DNA of 64,000 nt, from positions 5,285-69,284 of the forward strand of contig LDXP01000001.1 of NCBI GenBank assembly GCA_001443385.1, in the 5' to 3' direction. Below are positions 58,268 to 64,000 of this stretch, piece after piece. Made by a program: the position numbers and the translations under genes. The stretch is from Candidatus Rokubacteria bacterium CSP1-6. GTDB lineage: Bacteria; Methylomirabilota; Methylomirabilia; Rokubacteriales; CSP1-6. Each line of letters begins with the position of its first letter. Within the stretch, counting starts at the first letter, position 1. Below the pieces are notes generated by a model. That model was given only the letters and a program-made list of their open reading frames with translations. It ran no database searches and was not told the DNA's origin.

Positions 58268-59458
58268 TCAACTTCCACTCTCCTCGTCGAGCAGGCCGCC
58301 CGAGGCCCTCAGGATCAGGAGCGCGAGATCGTCCCGGCTCACGCCTCCGCCTCGGCCCTGCGCCTCCGCCAGCACGGCCCGGGCCACCGCCTGGGGTGGC
58401 TCGGCGCGGCGCGACTCGATGAGGGCGGCGAGGCCTTCCACTCCCAGCGCCGCTCCCGCCGCGTCGGTGGCTTCCACCAGCCCGTCGGTGTAGAGGACGA
58501 CCTGGTCCCCCGCCTCCAGCAGCAGCTCCTCCTGCGGGTATTTCGCATCCTCGAAAGCGCCCAGCACGGGACCGCCCAGCTCGAGAACCTGTGGGGGCCG
58601 CCCCCGGCGCAGAAGGATGGGATTGACGTGCCCGGCGTTGGCCAGGCTCAACCGGCGGCCGCCACCGAGGCTCAGCACGCCGAACACCATGGTCACGAAC
58701 ATGGAGGGCGGGAGGTCGCGGTGGAGAAACCGGTTCAGCCGGCGGACGATTTCTCCCGGAGCGTCCAGCTCCCATGCGGTGGCGCGCAGGAGCGAACGAA
58801 CCATGACCATGAGCAGGGCCCCCGGGATGCCCTTCCCCGACACATCGCCGATGGCGAACCCGACTCCGCCGGGCATGGGGATGAAGTCGTAGAAATCCCC
58901 GCCCACGCTCTTGGTCGGCGCCAGGGCCGCGCCGACCTCCACCCCGGCCAGGTTGGGCAGGGCCGGCGGGAGGAGGCGGAACTGGATTTCGCGCGCCGTC
59001 TCCAGCTCGTGACCGAGCTGCTCAATCCCCTGGACCGAGAACCACTCCCCCAGCACGCCCATGAGCGGCCCGAGGGCGCGCACCTTCTCGCTCCGCCTGA
59101 GAAGGGCGCGGATGCGGACGAGGAGCTCCTGGGGCACGAACGGCTTGGGCACGTAGTCGTCGGCCCCCCACTCAAGCCCCTTCACCCGGTCCTCGACCTG
59201 GGCCTTCTGCGTGAGCATGATCACGGGGATCTGGGAGGTCTCGGGGTTCTGGCGGAGTGACCGGAGCACGTCCAGGCCGTCACGCCCCGGCATGAGGATG
59301 TCCAGCAGGATCAGGTCGGGGGGCGACTGCCTCACCCGCTCCATGGCCTCGACGCCGTCGGCGGCCCTGACAACGCTGTAGCCTGCCTGCTTCAGGATCA
59401 CGTCCACGAACTGGCAGACGGCCGGGTCGTCGTCGGCCAACAGGATCTTCGCACTCAT
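58268..59458 (-). CDS. Response regulator-PP2C (SpoIIE/RsbU-like) phosphatase, paralogue
   Basis: REC (ADDD, LLDILMP, KPF); GGDFYD, GDVSGKG, YTDG, RDDLA. Confidence 0.92.
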   Translation of the reverse strand: MSAKILLADDDPAVCQFVDVILKQAGYSVVRAADGVEAMERVRQSPPDLILLDILMPGRDGLDVLRSLRQNPETSQIPVIMLTQKAQVEDRVKGLEWGADDYVPKPFVPQELLVRIRALLRRSEKVRALGPLMGVLGEWFSVQGIEQLGHELETAREIQFRLLPPALPNLAGVEVGAALAPTKSVGGDFYDFIPMPGGVGFAIGDVSGKGIPGALLMVMVRSLLRATAWELDAPGEIVRRLNRFLHRDLPPSMFVTMVFGVLSLGGGRRLSLANAGHVNPILLRRGRPPQVLELGGPVLGAFEDAKYPQEELLLEAGDQVVLYTDGLVEATDAAGAALGVEGLAALIESRRAEPPQAVARAVLAEAQGRGGGVSRDDLALLILRASGGLLDEESGS

Positions 59459-59553
59459 CAGGCCCCCTCGTCATGCAAACCCAAAACCACCCCAACACAC
59501 CTAAAATACCAGAGAGTTACGCGATCCCGGCGTGAAGAGAGGCGTGACAATGG

Positions 59554-59580
59554 GTGCCATGATGGCACGTCTGTGCCATC
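59554..59580. promoter_or_regulatory. Overlapping palindromes upstream of the PP2C operon
   Basis: GTGCCATGATGGCAC and GATGGCAC-GTCT-GTGCCATC. Confidence 0.45.
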
Positions 59581-59589
59581 AACCTTCCG

Positions 59590-60921
59590 CTACTTGGCCG
59601 CGGCCAGAGCCCGCTCGGCTGCCTCCCGGGCCCGGGCGTAGTTGGTCTTGGCGAAGCTGTCCCACTCGGTCTCGCGCTTCGATTTGACGTCGGGCTTGTC
59701 CTTGAACGCGGCGTTGATCTCCTTGTCCGAAGCGCGCGTCGCATCCACCGGCATGGCCGTCGCCAGCTTCTTCGCCTCCGCGAGGGACTGCTCGGCCTGC
59801 GCCACGCTCTTGCCGGCCGCCCTCGCCTTCCCGACGGCATTCTCGGCGGCGAAGATGGCCGCCCAGGCGGCCCGGAGCTCGGCGTGGCGGAACGTGATCA
59901 GATGATCGTAGAGGGAGTTCAGCACGTTTCGCCGGGAGGACGACAGCTTGCCGTTGAAGTTCACCCCGCCGAGCTTCATCGTGAAGAGGTTGGGATAGGC
60001 CGCCGGAGCCTTGGCGTACAGGTCGGGAACCACCGGCAGCCGGCCGATCTCGGGCGAGAACAGGCGGAGCTGGCCCTCGTCGGACAGGAGGTACTCGACG
60101 AAGGCGCGCGCGTTCTCCGCGTTCGGGCCGCCCTTGACCACCGCCATCGAGGCCGGCACCACGGAGGTGAGCGAGGGATAGGCGAAGGCGACGGGATGTC
60201 CCGACGCGATGGCGCTCAGGCCAAAGAAGTCGATCACGACTCCGATCCCGTACTGTCCGGAGAGGACGGCCTCGGGAACGCCGAAGCTCCGCTCGGTGAT
60301 GGACCCCATATTGCCACCCATCTGGAGGAGGAGGGCCCATCCCTTCTCCCAGCCGTACGCCTGCAGAATCACCTCGATGGTGAGGTGCGTGGTGCCGCTC
60401 CGGCTGGGGGCGGAGATCACCAGGTGGCCGTGGTAGCGCCCGTCCGCCAGATCGGTCCACTCCTTGGGCTGGGGGAGTTTGTGGAGCGCCAGGTAGCGGG
60501 TGTTCCACATGAGGCCGTAGCCGGAGACCGCGAAGCCGAAGTAGTGCCCATCCGGGTCGTGGATCGGGAAGGTCCCGATGGTCTTCGGAATACGGCTCAG
60601 GAGCGCATCCGGCAGCGCGACCTTTTCGAGGAGACCATCCGCCTTCAGCACCTGGAAGGCGTCCACCGCCGAGGCCCAGAAGATGTCGGCGTCCGGCTTC
60701 GCGCGTGTCTCACGAAGGTAGGTGATGGCGGCGTTGGTCTGCTGGGGCTTGACGACCACGCGGACGCCCGGCCGGGCCGCCTCGAAGGCCTTCTTGTAGG
60801 CCTCGAAGAGCTCCTTCGGGAAGGAGGTGACGATCACCACCTCCTTGGTCGCCGCGAAGGCCGACGGCGCCCCCAGGAACGCCACCAGGCCGAACACGAG
60901 AAGTTGGAGCAGCGCGCGCAT
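59590..60921 (-). CDS. ABC substrate-binding protein (FbpA/PgtC-like) with C-terminal helical extension
   Basis: Signal peptide AFA, VIVTSFP, P.EWTDL, PSRSGT, ARAFVEYLLS.EGQ; GGAGG RBS. Confidence 0.85.
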   Translation of the reverse strand: MRALLQLLVFGLVAFLGAPSAFAATKEVVIVTSFPKELFEAYKKAFEAARPGVRVVVKPQQTNAAITYLRETRAKPDADIFWASAVDAFQVLKADGLLEKVALPDALLSRIPKTIGTFPIHDPDGHYFGFAVSGYGLMWNTRYLALHKLPQPKEWTDLADGRYHGHLVISAPSRSGTTHLTIEVILQAYGWEKGWALLLQMGGNMGSITERSFGVPEAVLSGQYGIGVVIDFFGLSAIASGHPVAFAYPSLTSVVPASMAVVKGGPNAENARAFVEYLLSDEGQLRLFSPEIGRLPVVPDLYAKAPAAYPNLFTMKLGGVNFNGKLSSSRRNVLNSLYDHLITFRHAELRAAWAAIFAAENAVGKARAAGKSVAQAEQSLAEAKKLATAMPVDATRASDKEINAAFKDKPDVKSKRETEWDSFAKTNYARAREAAERALAAAK

Positions 60922-61004
60922 AGTCCCTCCGATCCGGCGCACCATTATAGATCAAGAGGCCGCGAAGCCCCGGAAGGACTTTGGAGCGGTCAGGAGCCAG
61001 GGGG

Positions 61005-61913
61005 TCATCGCGCGGGGCCTCCCGGCCCGCCGCGGAGCAGGAGCGTTTCCAGCGCGGGGAGCGCGTCGAGCAGGACGTCGCCCACGACCTGGAGGCTCCG
61101 CGGGGAAAGTTTGTCCAGCGTGTCCTCGGGCGTGTGCCAGTAGGGCTCGTAGTCGAAATCGATCAGGAGCGCCGAGGGGATCCCCGCCCGGAGGAACGGC
61201 GTGTGGTCGTCCTCCACGGTAAGGGTCTCGTTTAGGAAATGAGCTTGATGACCGAGCCGCGTGGCGCTCCCCCAGAGGAGGTCGGTGAGCCACGGGGTGG
61301 AGGCCGCCTCGCGCCGGATGTTGAGCCGGCGATCGCCGATCATGTCCACCACGACTACGGCCTTGAGCTGCGCGGCGCGGCCCTCGCGCTGAAGCGACCC
61401 GGCGAGGTGACGCGAGCCGTAGATCCCGTCGGTGGCGCTCCAGTCGCGCCGGGCTTCTTCCCCGTCGAAGAAGACGATCCAGTAGGTGAACTCCCTCGGC
61501 CGCCGGGCGAGCGACCGGGCCAGCTCCAGGAGCAGCCCGCTGCTGGATCCCCCATCGTTGGCCCCCACGAACCTGAAATTGGGAAAGAACTTCGTGTCGT
61601 AGTGGCCGCCCACCAGGATCGCCTCGGGCCGCCCGCCGGGCAGCTCGGCGATGACGTTGACCATCCGGATCGGCCCGTCGGGCGTCTGGGCCGTGAAGGG
61701 CTGCTCGCGGACCCGGGCGCCGGCTTTTTTCAGCTCTTTCACGATATAACGTCGCGCGCTGGCGAGAGTCTCGGATCCGGCCGGCCGCGGTCCGAACCCC
61801 ACGAGCCGCTCCACGCGGGCGAGGGCCGCCTGCCCGTCGAAGGCCGGTCCCGCCACACCCGGACGCGGCAGCAGCAGCGCCGCCACGGCCAACACGACGG
61901 GGAGCGCCCTCAC
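61005..61913 (-). CDS. M28 family metallopeptidase / glutaminyl cyclase-like, secreted
   Basis: GHYDTK, GANDGGSS, FFDGEE, DMIGD, DDH, YWHT; GTGA overlap. Confidence 0.88.
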   Translation of the reverse strand: MRALPVVLAVAALLLPRPGVAGPAFDGQAALARVERLVGFGPRPAGSETLASARRYIVKELKKAGARVREQPFTAQTPDGPIRMVNVIAELPGGRPEAILVGGHYDTKFFPNFRFVGANDGGSSSGLLLELARSLARRPREFTYWIVFFDGEEARRDWSATDGIYGSRHLAGSLQREGRAAQLKAVVVVDMIGDRRLNIRREAASTPWLTDLLWGSATRLGHQAHFLNETLTVEDDHTPFLRAGIPSALLIDFDYEPYWHTPEDTLDKLSPRSLQVVGDVLLDALPALETLLLRGGPGGPAR

Positions 61914-62743
61914 CGGGGCCGCTCCCGAGGCTTCACCCCGACGACGCCGTAGAAGTTGAGCGTCATGAGAAAGGTCTTCGCGTACGCCCGGGCTTCGATC
62001 CCCGCCAGCCAGCGCTCGGCCTGCCGCTCGCTCACGATCTTCCACTTCACCGCGTTCTCGGCGCGGCGCAGGAGAAAGGTGCGGGTCCACGGCTCGAAGG
62101 TGGTGTCCTGATACACGTCCGTGAGCAGGCGCACCGAGTCGAGGCCGAGAGCGGAGAGCTTCCGGGGGAGGGTGCGGCCGCTCCACGGATCCGCGTAGAT
62201 CTTCCTGGCCACGCCCTCGAAGATCCGCTGGGTGAGGGCCGGATCGGGATGGTCGAGCGCCAAGGTTCCAAAGTCTTGATCCTGAACCGCTACGATTCCT
62301 CCGGGGCGCGTGACGCGGATCATGTCCCCGAGGAGCCGATCGGCGTCCGGCACGTGGAGGAGCACCGTCACGGCCAGCGTCGCATCGAACGCATCGTCGC
62401 TGAAGCGGAGACGCCTACCGTCTCCGAGTTCGAAGCGCACCCGGGAACCGAGCCCGTTCTGGCGCGCCAGCCGCCGCGCCTCGCGCACGAAGACGCGGCT
62501 CGGATCGACGCCGATCACCCGCCCGCTTTCACCGACCAGCGCGGCCACATCGCGGCAGACGACGCCGCTGCCGCTCCCGACCTCCAGCACCTTCCACCCC
62601 GACCGGATCCCCGCAAACGCCAGGAACCGCCGCCGGAGCCGGACCTGGGTCGGCGTCCGGCCGCGGTCCTCCAGGCCCTCGACCATCTTGAGGGGATCGG
62701 GCTGGCGATCGGGGGCGCGGTAGGGATCCGGGTGCAGAGTCAT
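61910..62743 (-). CDS. Class I SAM-dependent methyltransferase (UbiE-like)
   Basis: VLEVGSGSG, GVDPS, FD, RVTRPGG. Confidence 0.88.
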   Translation of the reverse strand: MTLHPDPYRAPDRQPDPLKMVEGLEDRGRTPTQVRLRRRFLAFAGIRSGWKVLEVGSGSGVVCRDVAALVGESGRVIGVDPSRVFVREARRLARQNGLGSRVRFELGDGRRLRFSDDAFDATLAVTVLLHVPDADRLLGDMIRVTRPGGIVAVQDQDFGTLALDHPDPALTQRIFEGVARKIYADPWSGRTLPRKLSALGLDSVRLLTDVYQDTTFEPWTRTFLLRRAENAVKWKIVSERQAERWLAGIEARAYAKTFLMTLNFYGVVGVKPRERPR

Positions 62744-62746
62744 CGG

Positions 62747-62980
62747 CTACCCGGAAAAGCGCGCGGCGCACTCCCGGCTGCAGAAGTAGTGGGTCGTGCC
62801 CCCCGCCTCCCGCCTCACGGCCCGGGAGCGGAGGACGTAGGTCTGGCAGACCGGGTCTTTCACGAGCTCGTCCTGAATCGCCCGCGGCCGTCCGGCGGGT
62901 GGAGGCAGGAGGCGCCGCACGATCGGCCACAGGAGGAAGACGAGAAGAAGAAGCGACCCCAGAAGGAAGAGCCCGCGCAT
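62747..62980 (-). CDS. Membrane-anchored YHS/TRASH domain protein
   Basis: TM followed by LVKDPVC..YV, HYFCS.EC. Confidence 0.82.
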   Translation of the reverse strand: MRGLFLLGSLLLLVFLLWPIVRRLLPPPAGRPRAIQDELVKDPVCQTYVLRSRAVRREAGGTTHYFCSRECAARFSG

Positions 62981-62986
62981 GGGCGA

Positions 62987-63232
62987 TCAGGCGGAATCGG
63001 GGCGGATGGACAGCGTGCGGAGGAACTCCCGGTCCTGAGGGGTGAGCTGGATCTCTTCGCCCCGGGGAGCCTTGGGATCCGCGGCGGCGCCGGCGAAGAA
63101 GATGGCCGTGTCGGCGCCCCGCTTGAGGATCTCCTCGACGGTCTCCCGGGCGGCCTGGGACGCGGCCAGCGAGCACTCGATCGCCTTGAGCAGCTTCTCC
63201 ATCAGCCCGTCAACGTGCTTGTCCCGCGCCAT
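62987..63232 (-). CDS. Small hypothetical protein
   Basis: Good codon pattern; TTGACA-N17-TATCGT upstream; LTPQDREFLRTLSI C-terminal motif. Confidence 0.6.
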   Translation of the reverse strand: MARDKHVDGLMEKLLKAIECSLAASQAARETVEEILKRGADTAIFFAGAAADPKAPRGEEIQLTPQDREFLRTLSIRPDSA

Positions 63233-63314
63233 CCCGTCAGTACGATACCGGCCGGTTCTCATCCTGTCAAATCGTCTGGTATTTTAGGGGGAGGCACTCA
63301 GGAGGATCGATGCC

Positions 63315-63866
63315 ATGAGCCGAGGATCGTGGACGTTCGTCCGCTCCACCCCGATTCACTCGCGCGGGAAGCTGACGCTCAGGGAGGATGTCTGGCGCCT
63401 CCCCACCGGGCGCGAGGAAACCTATCCGGTGCTGGCGGTGGGGGTGACCGTCGGCGTGGTTCCGTTCGTGGACCCCGAGCACATCGTGCTGGTGCGGCAG
63501 TTCCGCCACCTGACGCGGGACGACTCGTGGGAGCTGCCGGGCGGCGGGGCGCTGGCGGGCGAATCGCCCGAGGAGGCGGCCCAGCGCGAGCTCAGGGAGG
63601 AGGGCGGCTATCGGGCCGGCCGCCTTACCTTCCTCTGCCGGTTCTTCCCCTCCAGCGCCTACCTCGACGAGATCGCGTACTGCTACATCGGCGAGCAGCT
63701 CGTGGCGGACGCGCTCCCGTCCGACGACGATGAGTTCTTCGAGCGCCGCGTGGTGCCGTTCGAGGAAGCGCTGGCGATGGCGCTGGACGACCGGGTCACC
63801 GAGTCCGTCTCGAAGATGGCGATCCTCGCCGCCGGCCTCCGGCGGGGAGGCAGAGGCCGCGCGTGA
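63315..63866 (+). CDS. NUDIX hydrolase (ADP-ribose pyrophosphatase-like)
   Basis: LVRQFR, ELPGG...GE....AAQRELREEGG Nudix box; GGAGG RBS. Confidence 0.9.
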   Translation: MSRGSWTFVRSTPIHSRGKLTLREDVWRLPTGREETYPVLAVGVTVGVVPFVDPEHIVLVRQFRHLTRDDSWELPGGGALAGESPEEAAQRELREEGGYRAGRLTFLCRFFPSSAYLDEIAYCYIGEQLVADALPSDDDEFFERRVVPFEEALAMALDDRVTESVSKMAILAAGLRRGGRGRA

Positions 63867-64000
63867 GCCTCTAACGGGAACGGGACGGCCGGCGGGTGGC
63901 GCGGCGAGCGGGGAGCCCCGCGGCGCGGAGCGGCGACCCGCCCGCAAGGGGCGGGTGCCCGCGAAGGTGGCTCGCTCCGGAACACTCGTCAGGCCCGGAT

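Noticed and set aside
59561-59578. TGGCAC...TGC as a sigma54 promoter
   Set aside because: GG-to-GC spacing is N9, not the required N10
63867-64000. Possible gene end at the window edge
   Set aside because: Too short to support any call

Overview
High-GC (roughly 70% by eye) bacterial chromosomal window; gene content and style are compatible with Candidatus Rokubacteria/Methylomirabilota, but that is an inference. It holds about 60 CDSs and no rRNA, tRNA, CRISPR array or transposase that I can see. From left to right: (1-13.6 kb, minus strand) AsmA, acyl-CoA ligase, quinone oxidoreductase, thioredoxin, an M16 peptidase pair split by a HlyD/ABC exporter, and an MFS transporter, interspersed with BoxC/REP-like palindromes. 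(13.6-26 kb) HtrA, incomplete Liv and Dpp ABC sets, a truncated lysE, udgB, ilvA, plsC, a sigma54-preceded DksA/TraR and malic enzyme. (26.6-28.5 kb) a DUF169-MtaA/URO-D methyltransferase fusion. (29-35 kb) a multi-GAF histidine kinase/NtrC pair with neighbouring sigma54 target. (35-44.5 kb) a split B12 methionine-synthase cluster with yitJ, aroK, amidase, N-terminally extended FabH and D-aminoacylase. (44.6-51.6 kb) the best candidate for an undescribed system: three secreted FecR-domain paralogues with variable low-complexity tails (one a ~114-aa Pro-Ala-Thr repeat) behind duplicated sigma54 promoters and conserved leaders, next to a CHASE2-adenylate cyclase-PilZ fusion and a class II cNMP phosphodiesterase. 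(51.6-61 kb) an Fbp/PgtC-like ABC transporter interrupted by a sigma-less REC-PP2C/RsbW/STAS partner-switching module. (61-64 kb) M28 peptidase, methyltransferase, YHS protein and NUDIX hydrolase. Many genes look leaderless. All annotations are from motif recognition by eye; no searches were run.
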